From a virus (lineage: Duplodnaviria; Caudoviricetes): DNA of 64,000 nt. The stretch is from the IMG/VR virus record IMGVR_UViG_3300050336_000035, positions 103,494 to 167,493 of that record; one strand, written 5' to 3'. The notes under the pieces were generated by a model. The model had not been told where the DNA came from. It was given only the letters and a program-made list of their open reading frames with translations, and ran no database searches. Below, piece after piece: positions 7,823 through 16,608 of this stretch. Position 1 is the stretch's first letter. Every line of letters begins with the position of its first letter. Made by a program: the position numbers and the translations under genes.

Positions 7823-8710
7823 TTGAAAGGATTGAAGAAAATATCTAAATATAAATATAATGATTATCACAAAGAGATAAATGGAAAAGAATATAAAAAA
7901 TGTACATTACATAATGAGTACTTTCCTAATGATTCTGAATGGTTTATTTGTTCATCTGATTTTTTCTTTGTTAACAAAACAAACAAGACCGATGGGTTAT
8001 ATCCCTATTGTAAAAAATGTTCAAGTAAAAAATATATGAAATGGGAGAAAGAACATCCTGAAGAATATTTAGCACATAATTTCAGACAAAATCGAAGAAA
8101 AGAAAAAATAGAAGCAAGAAGAAAAATATCTCAGCAACGAAGAGAAAATGGTTACTATGATGATTATTTTGAATTGAATCCAGAAAAGAAAAAACAATAT
8201 GCTGAAAATCATCGAGACCATGATATAACAAATGCAGAATGGATAGCTAATAAAAACTTTTTTAAAAATGAAAATGGGGAATGGGTATGTGCCTATTGTG
8301 GAATGACAGAAAAGGAACATAAGACTATTAGAAGAGAGCAACTTCACAAAGAACATGTTGAACACAATGGATATAATGATGTAAGAAATTGTGTTCCTGC
8401 TTGTTACACTTGTAACTCTAGTAAATGGCAATATGACATGGAAACTTGGTATAGAGAACAAACATTCTTTAACGAAGATAATCTTGCTAAAATAAAACTT
8501 TGGTGTTCAAATGAATATAAAAAATATATTGAAGATAAACCACCATATATTATAAAACGAAGTAGAGTAAATGATGATAATGGCAAATATCATTATGAAT
8601 ATAATTTATGGACTGTTGATGTAATGAGAAATATAGTTGAAATAATTTATACAGGTAATAAGAAAAAGGATATGATTAATTACATAAACAATAATAAATT
8701 AGAAAATTGA
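7823..8710 (+). CDS. HNH endonuclease
   Basis: CAYCG...HKEHV...NCVPACYTCNSSK; N-terminal Zn motif; start uncertain. Confidence 0.85.
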   Translation: MKGLKKISKYKYNDYHKEINGKEYKKCTLHNEYFPNDSEWFICSSDFFFVNKTNKTDGLYPYCKKCSSKKYMKWEKEHPEEYLAHNFRQNRRKEKIEARRKISQQRRENGYYDDYFELNPEKKKQYAENHRDHDITNAEWIANKNFFKNENGEWVCAYCGMTEKEHKTIRREQLHKEHVEHNGYNDVRNCVPACYTCNSSKWQYDMETWYREQTFFNEDNLAKIKLWCSNEYKKYIEDKPPYIIKRSRVNDDNGKYHYEYNLWTVDVMRNIVEIIYTGNKKKDMINYINNNKLEN

Positions 8711-8715
8711 AACAT

Positions 8716-8739
8716 AGGCGTAGAGCCTATTCTACGCCT
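8716..8739. terminator. Hairpin after the HNH gene
   Basis: AGGCGTAGA-gcctat-TCTACGCCT. Confidence 0.6.
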
Positions 8740-8792
8740 TAAAAAACATGATGAAACATGAAATTCATGCTGTTATTGGAAGGAATTAAATT

Positions 8793-9227
8793 ATGAGTTA
8801 TGTCAATGATTATCAAAAGAAGCGCAAAGATGAATATTTAGAACAGGGTTATGATTTAGCACAAGCTAATATTAAATTTAAACGTTGGATGCAAAATCAC
8901 ACTACTAAACAAAAGAAAGTATTTAAAAGAAATGGATTAAAATATATTTATGTTAATTATACACCTTATATAGATTCTGGATGCGAAAAGTGGTATGTAG
9001 ATATTGATTATAATACAAATATATGCTATCTATATCATAAAAATAGAGAAAATGGAACATATCATTTTCAACAAGAATTCAACAAAGGTAAATTTATTAC
9101 TGATAATTTGATTAATATTTGTAATTATATATGGGGACATTCAAATAAACATATTCAAAAAGATTTTAATAACACATTAAGAGATAAATTATATAAAGCA
9201 GGAATTGAAGAAACACTATTGAGTTAA
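8793..9227 (+). CDS. Hypothetical protein
   Basis: RBS GGAAGG. Confidence 0.75.
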   Translation: MSYVNDYQKKRKDEYLEQGYDLAQANIKFKRWMQNHTTKQKKVFKRNGLKYIYVNYTPYIDSGCEKWYVDIDYNTNICYLYHKNRENGTYHFQQEFNKGKFITDNLINICNYIWGHSNKHIQKDFNNTLRDKLYKAGIEETLLS

Positions 9228-9288
9228 TATGAAATTGGACTTTCATTTGGTTTATTTAGTTATGATATAAAAAAAATAATTTTTTAAT

Positions 9289-9630
9289 ATGAAAGGGAAG
9301 AAAATAATGAAAGAGATTTTAACAACTTTTGGTTTACCTATTTTAACTGGTATATTTGCATTTTTAGGTTCTATATACAAAAGTAGAATTGACTTAAAAA
9401 AGCAAATAGATTTAAACAATGCAGAATTAGAAAAAGTACGTGAGCAATGCAATAACGAAATCGAAAAAATCAAGGCACAAGCCGAGACTCAAGCACAATT
9501 ATATGAAAAGAATGCACAAACCGACATAACAACTACTTTTATGAATACTTTATTTAAGAATCCAAAAATTTCAAATACTATTAATGATTTTATGATTAAA
9601 GAAATGAATAAATCATTTTTGTCAAAATAA
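9289..9630 (+). CDS. Membrane-anchored coiled-coil protein
   Basis: N-terminal TM segment then coiled coil; true start may be Met7. Confidence 0.7.
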   Translation: MKGKKIMKEILTTFGLPILTGIFAFLGSIYKSRIDLKKQIDLNNAELEKVREQCNNEIEKIKAQAETQAQLYEKNAQTDITTTFMNTLFKNPKISNTINDFMIKEMNKSFLSK

Positions 9631-9705
9631 AACCCTTGCTACATAAGGGTTTCAGAACACAAAAATGTGATGAAATGGATATTTTATAATGAGGTTAATT
9701 TAATT

Positions 9706-9840
9706 ATGGATAATAAAGAAAAAGAAAAAATTAAGAAATTTGCAGAAGCTTTATTTGATAAAAGAATGTTAGAAATATTAAAACCCTATCAATATAATCA
9801 GAAGATTTGTAAATTTATTGAAATTAAAAATATAAAATAA
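9706..9840 (+). CDS. Small hypothetical protein, 44 aa (not in ORF track)
   Basis: RBS GAGGT; lies between two boundary sites. Confidence 0.55.
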   Translation: MDNKEKEKIKKFAEALFDKRMLEILKPYQYNQKICKFIEIKNIK

Positions 9841-9861
9841 AAGAATAATTAGTGAGGATAT

Positions 9862-10200
9862 ATGAATTTACATAAGTTTTTTATAGATAAAATAAATGAA
9901 GAAATATATAAAGCTCTAGGAGTTAGTGACTCATTGTTTGTGTCAACATCAGCAACAACCACTAATAATTGTGCCGTGTCAATAGAAGAAATAAAACTAG
10001 CATTAGAAAATGTAAGACCTGAACATGCAGTTTTACTTAGTAATTATGCTCCACATGGAACTGATATTTTTGAAATCGAGAATCCTTTGCCAGATAAATA
10101 TTTCTGTAAAAAATTACTTTTACTAAATGCAGATTGTTATGAATCTTTGCTTAAGAAAATTTTAGAAGAATATAACTGTGATATAAAAGTTTATAGATAA
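9862..10200 (+). CDS. Hypothetical protein
   Basis: RBS GAGGA; stop inside a boundary site. Confidence 0.75.
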   Translation: MNLHKFFIDKINEEIYKALGVSDSLFVSTSATTTNNCAVSIEEIKLALENVRPEHAVLLSNYAPHGTDIFEIENPLPDKYFCKKLLLLNADCYESLLKKILEEYNCDIKVYR

Positions 10201-10240
10201 AATTATGTTTTGGTCATATTATTAGAAAGGAAATTTTTAA

Positions 10241-10411
10241 ATGAAAAATATTGAAGAAGTAAGGAAAATTTGCGGTCATTATTGGAATAAGCCAGAGTAT
10301 AAACCACAGTTAAATGAACATAGATGTCATCATATTGCTGGTAATAGTTGCCCAAATAGTTTTAAAGATTGCCCATTATACAAATTAGTTCAAAAAAATA
10401 TTATAAAATAA
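10241..10411 (+). CDS. Small Cys/His-rich protein, 56 aa (not in ORF track)
   Basis: RBS GAAAGG; MKNIEEVRKICGHYW...CPLY. Confidence 0.65.
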   Translation: MKNIEEVRKICGHYWNKPEYKPQLNEHRCHHIAGNSCPNSFKDCPLYKLVQKNIIK

Positions 10412-10437
10412 TAGATTCATTATGAAATGAGGTAACT

Positions 10438-10656
10438 ATGAGAAAACCATTTAGAGATATTATTGATATGCCTGAATATCAAGCAGGAATGGAAGATGGT
10501 TGGGAGACTTTAAAAGATGTATCTAAGTTAGATAAATTCTATATTAAGGGTTTAGTTAAATGGTACGTCTGTAAAACACCTAAAGGAAAAACATTTAAAT
10601 TTGCTTATAAAGACACACCGAAAGGCAGGATGTGGATTAAATTTAAGTTTGATTAA
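10438..10656 (+). CDS. Hypothetical protein
   Basis: RBS GAGGT. Confidence 0.7.
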   Translation: MRKPFRDIIDMPEYQAGMEDGWETLKDVSKLDKFYIKGLVKWYVCKTPKGKTFKFAYKDTPKGRMWIKFKFD

Positions 10657-10676
10657 TTGATGTTAATATAATATAT

Positions 10677-10705
10677 TTGACAATATTATGTCCCTATGTT
10701 ATACT
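10677..10705 (+). promoter_or_regulatory. sigmaA promoter with extended -10 for the SLT-nrdD block
   Basis: TTGACA-17 bp-TATACT with TG extension. Confidence 0.8.
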
Positions 10706-10783
10706 AATATTGTAATGAAAGGGGTGATGCTATATGCTCTATCCAAGCATGACTAATATTAATTAAACGAAGGAGATGGTGAA

Positions 10784-11449
10784 GTGAAAAAACTTATAAC
10801 TTTAGCTTTATGCACAGGGGTATTTATTATCAGTATTTGGTCATATAATTCTAATGTACAGAGTGCTAAAATTACAAGCTACGAAACACAAAAAGAAATT
10901 GATGCATTAAAATTTGAAAAAGGAAAACAATTACTTAAATCTATTCAGGAAGAGAAAAGAAAAGAAGTAATAAATAATAAAATAATACAAGCGCAAATAC
11001 AAGTACAAAAAGAAATTCCACTATATGACATACCACTTAATATTGATATACAAAAATACATATACAAAATTAGCAAAGAAAAAAATATACCCCATGAATT
11101 AATATTGGGTGTAATAAAAACTGAAAGTGATTTTAGACCTAATCAAACACATAAAAATAAAAATGGAAGCATAGATATTGGACTTATGCAGGTAAACTCG
11201 TGTCACGTTGATATATGTAAAGAATTAGGTATAACCAACTTATATGACCCTTATCAAAACATCAAAATAGGAGCAACATTATTAGCAAACATCTATAATA
11301 GTTACCCAAACATACATAAAGCGATGATGGTTTATAATATGGGACTTGGAGGAGCTAGGCGAAATTGGAAAGTAGGCAGGAGTAGTACTGATTATAGTAG
11401 AAAAGTAGTAAATAATATTAATATAATTTTAGCTTGTAAGCAGGAGTAA
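10784..11449 (+). CDS. Lytic transglycosylase (SLT domain) with N-terminal anchor
   Basis: VIKTESDF, DIGLMQVN, YNMG motifs. Confidence 0.9.
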   Translation: MKKLITLALCTGVFIISIWSYNSNVQSAKITSYETQKEIDALKFEKGKQLLKSIQEEKRKEVINNKIIQAQIQVQKEIPLYDIPLNIDIQKYIYKISKEKNIPHELILGVIKTESDFRPNQTHKNKNGSIDIGLMQVNSCHVDICKELGITNLYDPYQNIKIGATLLANIYNSYPNIHKAMMVYNMGLGGARRNWKVGRSSTDYSRKVVNNINIILACKQE

Positions 11450-11457
11450 TAAAACAT

Positions 11458-11643
11458 ATGATACGATTGGAACTATGCACTTATACCAGTTGCCCAAAAT
11501 CTAAAGAATGTTATAGAACTGTTGCCGAAATTGGAATTAACGGTTTTGCAAACTTTAAAAATATTTGTGGTGACTGGAATAATTATAAATATTATTATGA
11601 AATAGGTGATAAGCCTACAAGAAAGGAGGAATTAGAAAATTGA
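11458..11643 (+). CDS. Small Cys-rich hypothetical protein
   Basis: RBS AGGAG; CxxxxCPxxxxCYR. Confidence 0.7.
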   Translation: MIRLELCTYTSCPKSKECYRTVAEIGINGFANFKNICGDWNNYKYYYEIGDKPTRKEELEN

Positions 11644-12038
11644 CAAATATAAATAGATACATATCTGCACAAGAGAAAAATAATACAGAAGAAAAATGTA
11701 AAAAAGAATTTATTCAATTCAAGAAAATGCTAAGAAATTTTGAAGATTTAATAGACCATTGGTATGATGAAAAGTGTGAAATTGATAATTCATACAAAAA
11801 TCATTTAAATGACGAAATTTCTTACGAAGTCGCTAAAAACAAGGCTTGTAACCCTTGTGACTGTAAGGACACAAATGCAATAAAAGATGCATTTCATGAA
11901 AAATTAGATTTAACCAATATTAGGAAGCAGTTTCTTGATTCATATCGTGGTGATATTCCAGATGAATCATTAAATTGGATTTACAAAACATTTGCATACA
12001 TAGAAGTTAATATTAATAATATAATTTCAAAGGAGTAA
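11640..12038 (+). CDS. Hypothetical protein
   Basis: RBS AGGAGG; TTG start. Confidence 0.7.
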   Translation: MTNINRYISAQEKNNTEEKCKKEFIQFKKMLRNFEDLIDHWYDEKCEIDNSYKNHLNDEISYEVAKNKACNPCDCKDTNAIKDAFHEKLDLTNIRKQFLDSYRGDIPDESLNWIYKTFAYIEVNINNIISKE

Positions 12039-12042
12039 ATAC

Positions 12043-14505
12043 ATGGCTGAAATGAAAGTGGCAAAAAGAAAAAAGGGTAAAATAAACTCAACTGATTTAA
12101 ATTTATTAGTTGAATCTACTACACAAGAAGAAATATTTGAATATGATAAAAATAGAATAATACATACTTTACAAGAAGAAATTGATTGTCCAAATGATAT
12201 AGCTATTAAAGTAGCAGATATAGTTACAGAAAGATTAAATGCAACTAATACCAAAATACTTACACCATCATTAATAAGAAGTTTTGTTAATGTAGTACTC
12301 TGTGAATATGGCTTTGATAAACAACTTAAATCTAATTCAGAAATTACTATATCAACTAACGATGTAGAATCCTTAATCTTTAATAAGAATAAAGAAAACG
12401 GTAATACTCCACATAATCCTGAAAGTATTAACTTAGCTTTAGCAGGTTTAGTTATTAAACAATATACTTTGAAAAAGATACTTCCAAAACATTTAAGGCA
12501 AGCACATCTACAAGGTGATATACACATTCACGATATGGATATGTATGATAGATTATATTGTTCAGGACATAATCCAGAATATATCAAACGTAATGGAATA
12601 AAGAATATGGATAATATTCCTAATGATAGCAAACCTGCTAACTCTGCATGGGTAGTAGCTAGACATATGGCATCTGCTACATTATTCTATACTTCGCTTT
12701 TTGCAGGTGCAATAGGTTGGGATTCTGTAAATATGTTTCTTGCTCCATATACTAGAGGATGGGATTATAAAAAATATAAACAATTAGCACAAACACTGAT
12801 ATTTGATTTTGCTCAGTTAGCAGGTGCAAAAGGGGGGCAGGTATCTTTTACTGATTTTAATATTTATGCAAATGTTCCACAATTTTATAAAGATACTTAT
12901 GCTGTAGGTAAAAATGGTTGTTACATGGTGGAAGATTCTGATGATATTATTCACTATATTTATAATAAATCCGAAGCTGAATTATTTGCTCAAGAAAATA
13001 ACTATAAAATACTTACATATAAAGATTTTGAAACTGAGTCACAATATATATGTAAAGCTTTATTAGAAGTATCTAAAGAAGGTGATTCTAGGGGTATGCC
13101 ATTTGGATTTCCTAAGTTGCACTTCCATATAAATAATGAAGTTTTTGAACATGAAAGCTCAAAAGAATTGTATAAATATGCTTGTGAAGTATTAAGTTTA
13201 CAAGGAAATCCATATATAGATTTTGATAGGAACGCCGCATCAATGTCACAATGTTGTAGATTAGTTATTGAATTTGATAATTCTGATATGGAGCTTACAA
13301 AAACTCCTGAAGAATTACGCTTTGTTGGAGGAGAAAATGTATCTATAAATCTTCCAAATATTCCATTGATGTGTAGTAATGATGAAGTTAAAATATTCGC
13401 AGAAATTAAACGTAGAATTGACATGGCTGTTGAAGCTCATAAAATCAAACTGGAGTATATTAAATCTATAGTTGAAGTTGAAGGTAGTCCATTAAAATTT
13501 TACAAAGAAGGCTGTGATGAAAAACCTTATGTTAGATTTGATAAAATATCTTGGCTTATAGGTATGGTTGGTTTAAATGAATGTATTTATAATTTGACTG
13601 GCAAACAGCTACATGAAAGTAAATCCGCTTATATTAAAGGATTAGAAATAATTTCATTTATGAATCAGTATTGTAAAGAATTATCTAAAAAACATAATAT
13701 GAAGTTTATTTTGGAAGAAACCCCCGCAGAGTCTACCGCAGGAAGATTTGCAAAACTTGATAGAAAAAAGTATGGAGATAAAACATTTGTTAAAGAAAAT
13801 GATTATGGTTTTTATTACAGTAATAGTATTCATTTTGCTGTTGATGCTAAGATAGATTATATTGATGAGTTACAATATCAGTCCAAATTTCATAGTTTAG
13901 TTGAAGCAGGCTCAATGATTCATGTTTGGGTTGGAGATAAAAGACCTTCTCCTAAAGCTATTTCAGACTTAATATATAAAGTTTGGAAGAACACAAAATG
14001 TACAGAAATGACTATATCTCCAAATAAAACTGTATGTAATAACTGTAAAACAACTGTAGATGGATTTCATGATTTTTGTCCAAAATGTAATAATACAAAT
14101 GTATTTTGGATAGCAAGAATTACTGGATATCAGGTTAGAGTCGATAAATTTAACGCTAGTAAACTTGCAGAGTTGTTTGATAGAAATAATCATGATATTG
14201 AAAATGATAATTTATCAATTAATTTTCTAGAAAATGATGTACCAGAAACCAATGATATTAAAATATACTCTTTACCAAATTGCCCTAATTGTAGAAAGAT
14301 TAAAACTTATTGCAAAACAAATGATATTATTTTTACCGAATTCAATACTGAAAATGATTTTAAAGCAAGAGCTAGAATAATTGCTGAAGGACTAGAAAAC
14401 TTTCCAATAATCCAACTAGGTAATAAATTTATAGAGTATGATTTTAATAAGGACTCAGAAATAAAAGAAATAATAAAGGAATATAATAATTGTTTAAATC
14501 AGTAG
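12043..14505 (+). CDS. nrdD: Class III (anaerobic) ribonucleotide reductase with ATP cone and fused C-terminal glutaredoxin/NrdH-like domain
   Basis: GDIHIHD, SQCCRL, ETPAES, CxxC...CPKC, glycyl-radical loop RITGY; C-terminal IYSLPNCPNC...FPII. Confidence 0.92.
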   Translation: MAEMKVAKRKKGKINSTDLNLLVESTTQEEIFEYDKNRIIHTLQEEIDCPNDIAIKVADIVTERLNATNTKILTPSLIRSFVNVVLCEYGFDKQLKSNSEITISTNDVESLIFNKNKENGNTPHNPESINLALAGLVIKQYTLKKILPKHLRQAHLQGDIHIHDMDMYDRLYCSGHNPEYIKRNGIKNMDNIPNDSKPANSAWVVARHMASATLFYTSLFAGAIGWDSVNMFLAPYTRGWDYKKYKQLAQTLIFDFAQLAGAKGGQVSFTDFNIYANVPQFYKDTYAVGKNGCYMVEDSDDIIHYIYNKSEAELFAQENNYKILTYKDFETESQYICKALLEVSKEGDSRGMPFGFPKLHFHINNEVFEHESSKELYKYACEVLSLQGNPYIDFDRNAASMSQCCRLVIEFDNSDMELTKTPEELRFVGGENVSINLPNIPLMCSNDEVKIFAEIKRRIDMAVEAHKIKLEYIKSIVEVEGSPLKFYKEGCDEKPYVRFDKISWLIGMVGLNECIYNLTGKQLHESKSAYIKGLEIISFMNQYCKELSKKHNMKFILEETPAESTAGRFAKLDRKKYGDKTFVKENDYGFYYSNSIHFAVDAKIDYIDELQYQSKFHSLVEAGSMIHVWVGDKRPSPKAISDLIYKVWKNTKCTEMTISPNKTVCNNCKTTVDGFHDFCPKCNNTNVFWIARITGYQVRVDKFNASKLAELFDRNNHDIENDNLSINFLENDVPETNDIKIYSLPNCPNCRKIKTYCKTNDIIFTEFNTENDFKARARIIAEGLENFPIIQLGNKFIEYDFNKDSEIKEIIKEYNNCLNQ

Positions 14506-15161
14506 TATGGAGTTCTACTATTGATTACCCCAATCAAGTATCAACCGTATTATTTGTTGGTACTTGTAATTGGGATTGTAAATTCTGTTATAATCGTAAT
14601 TTAATCAATAATGAGTCCATTGATTTTAATACACAAATACTACCAAGATTAATTAATAGGAAAGAATTTATTAATCATGTTGTTATAAGTGGTGGAGAAT
14701 GTACATGTTATAAAGAATTATTAACCATTCTTAATATACTAAAAGAAAAGGGTTTTATTGTTGGTATACATACAAACGGAAGCAATCCAAATATTTTGGC
14801 TCAATTAATAAATAAAATTGATTTTATTGGTATGGATATTAAAACAGGTAGTTGGAATAGTTATGAAAGTATTACTAATACTGAAATAGCTATGCACGAT
14901 ATTATAGATTCTATTTATATGATTATAAAATCTAATAAGGAATATGAGTTTAGGACTACTGTTTATCCTCCCTATGTCAATTTAAAAGATTGTGTTAATA
15001 TAGCTCAGTTACTAAAAAACATTAAAGCTGATAAGTATATTTTACAACAATTTGATAATTCATTTGATAAAAGTGTAGTAGAACCTTATTCAATAAAATA
15101 TCTAAACGAAATAAAAGAAGAGTGTAACAAAATAATTCCAACATTTATTAAAGGATGGTGA
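14490..15161 (+). CDS. nrdG: Anaerobic RNR activating radical SAM enzyme
   Basis: CNWDCKFCYN, VISGGE, HTNGS, MDIK, EFRTT. Confidence 0.9.
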   Translation: MFKSVVWSSTIDYPNQVSTVLFVGTCNWDCKFCYNRNLINNESIDFNTQILPRLINRKEFINHVVISGGECTCYKELLTILNILKEKGFIVGIHTNGSNPNILAQLINKIDFIGMDIKTGSWNSYESITNTEIAMHDIIDSIYMIIKSNKEYEFRTTVYPPYVNLKDCVNIAQLLKNIKADKYILQQFDNSFDKSVVEPYSIKYLNEIKEECNKIIPTFIKGW

Positions 15162-15364
15162 TAAACATTTTAAATATTGATAAAAATCCTAATGAACAAG
15201 AATATAAAGAAATTACTGCTGATGTAATAGCATGTGATGGATATTGTCCTTGTGTACCTAAAGAGAAAAGAAATAATAATACAAAATGCATATGTAAAGA
15301 ATTTAAAGAACAAGATTTTGAAGGTTATTGCCATTGTGGTAGATTTTATAAGCATGAAGTATAA
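15155..15364 (+). CDS. Ferredoxin-thioredoxin reductase catalytic subunit-like protein
   Basis: GYCPC...CIC...CHCG pattern (CPC/CxC/CHC). Confidence 0.8.
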   Translation: MVINILNIDKNPNEQEYKEITADVIACDGYCPCVPKEKRNNNTKCICKEFKEQDFEGYCHCGRFYKHEV

Positions 15365-15382
15365 AAAATAAGGAGAAAAATA

Positions 15383-15901
15383 ATGAGAAAAGAAATAGAA
15401 ATTTTTGTAGAAGTTTTAGACGATTCAATAGACTTACCTACATATGCACATGACGATGATTCAGGTATGGATGTTAGAGCATCAGAGGATGTAATTATTA
15501 ACCCAAATGAAACAGTAATAATACCTACTGGATTAAAAGTAGCTATTCCTGATGGATATGAAATACAGGTACGTCCACGTTCAGGAGTTTCACTCAAAAC
15601 CCCACTTAGAATATCTAATTCTATAGGAACTATTGATTCAGGATACAGAGATGAAATAGGAGTTATTATAACAAATACATCAGATATATCATTATCTACA
15701 GATAGTATTACAAGTTGCTATTTTGCAAGAAGTATTGAAGATAAGGGAAATAAACAAGGCTCTTATGTAATCCATAAAGGTGATAGAATAGCTCAACTTA
15801 TATTACAAGAAGTTCCTAAAATGAAATTCACAAAAGTCACATCGGTAAAAGATATCGGAAGCAATAGGGGAGGCGGGTTCGGCTCTTCTGGAACTAAGTA
15901 G
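15383..15901 (+). CDS. dut: Trimeric dUTPase
   Basis: GMDV, RPRSG, GTIDSGYRDEI, RIAQL, RGGGFGSSG. Confidence 0.95.
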   Translation: MRKEIEIFVEVLDDSIDLPTYAHDDDSGMDVRASEDVIINPNETVIIPTGLKVAIPDGYEIQVRPRSGVSLKTPLRISNSIGTIDSGYRDEIGVIITNTSDISLSTDSITSCYFARSIEDKGNKQGSYVIHKGDRIAQLILQEVPKMKFTKVTSVKDIGSNRGGGFGSSGTK

Positions 15902-15916
15902 TCACATCTAAATAAG

Positions 15917-15959
15917 TTAATAGGGGTTAGGTGATTAAATTATTGATAACCCCTATTAA
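15917..15959. terminator. 13-bp perfect stem-loop after dut
   Basis: TTAATAGGGGTTA ... TAACCCCTATTAA. Confidence 0.55.
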
Positions 15960-16038
15960 TCCTACCTTATTAAATAGGTTATTTAACAATAGTATTTGTA
16001 AATTTTTAAAATATATGTATTTCAAAGGAGAAATATTT

Positions 16039-16212
16039 ATGGCAATATACAATTATTTTTGTACAAAATGTGGAGATATTCAATTAGAAAAGAAAATGTC
16101 AGAGCCAGATTATAAAATTTGTCCTTTCTGTAATTCATCACTAGAAAGAGTTAATGGAGCTTATTTTAATTTAATGTTTAATGGTAGCTATAATAATTTA
16201 AATAAGAAGTAG
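16039..16212 (+). CDS. FmdB-family zinc ribbon protein
   Basis: MAIYNYFCTKCG...CPFC; ATG behind AAGGAG. Confidence 0.75.
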   Translation: MAIYNYFCTKCGDIQLEKKMSEPDYKICPFCNSSLERVNGAYFNLMFNGSYNNLNKK

Positions 16213-16221
16213 GAGGTAAAA

Positions 16222-16587
16222 ATGGAAAACTGTGAACTGTGTAAAACAATTACTAATGAACAAATATTTAAAAATACAAGTATTAGGAAAATAGATATTA
16301 ATACCTATGATTTAATAGCATGGGAACTAATTGGTTTTAATAATGACGAAAAATATCAAGAACTTTATGCTATTCCTATTAAATGTTGTCCTGAGTGTGG
16401 TGATAGACTAGGAGATAAATCAATAGAAGAACTTGATTTTACCGTTCGTACATATAATTGTTTAAAAAGAGTAGGAATAAACTTCCTGAGTGAATTACAG
16501 CAAAAAACTTATGATGACCTCATTCAAATAAGAAATTGTGGTCAATCAAATATAAACGAAATTAGGGAAGTATTAAAGAGATATTAA
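16222..16587 (+). CDS. Zn-binding protein fused to an RNA polymerase alpha-CTD-like domain
   Basis: SIEELDFTVRTYNCLKRVGI...IRNCGQSNINEI matches the alpha-CTD pattern; CELC and CPEC. Confidence 0.85.
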   Translation: MENCELCKTITNEQIFKNTSIRKIDINTYDLIAWELIGFNNDEKYQELYAIPIKCCPECGDRLGDKSIEELDFTVRTYNCLKRVGINFLSELQQKTYDDLIQIRNCGQSNINEIREVLKRY

Positions 16588-16608
16588 TATAAATTAGAAA
16601 GGATAATT

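Larger units (their letters stand above)
125..10419. repeat. Dispersed palindromic boundary sites TRAAA-N6-TTYYA, array A (21 copies)
   Basis: Core starts: 125 TAAAA-gacaaa-TTTTA; 546 TAGAA-ttcagt-ATTTA; 790 TGAAA-tgccgt-TTTTA; 1070 TATAA-aatgcg-TTTCA; 1419 TAAAA-atgtgt-TTTTA; 2179 TAAAA-ttggga-TTCTA; 2511 TAAAT-tctcag-ATTCA; 5064 TGAAT-tgtagg-ATTTA; 5917 TAAAA-tcgggg-TTCTG; 6202 TAAAT-cagcaa-TTCTA; 6402 TAAAA-tcaaac-TTCTA; 6758 TAGAA-aactta-ATTCA; 7116 TCAAT-tcacca-TTTTA; 7596 TGAAA-atatc-TTTTA (N5); 7795 TAAAA-ctactc-TTCTA; 8752 TGAAA-catgaa-ATTCA; 9230 TGAAA-ttggac-TTTCA; 9671 TGAAA-tggata-TTTTA; 9838 degenerate; 10198 TAAAA-ttatgt-TTTGG; 10404 TAAAA-taatag-ATTCA. Each lies at a gene end, upstream of the next RBS. 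Confidence 0.9.

Noticed and set aside
125-10419. N6 palindromes as intrinsic terminators
   Set aside because: Stems are 5-6 bp and almost all A/T, have no consistent U-tract, and keep a fixed 6-nt centre; GC-stem terminators elsewhere in the window look different
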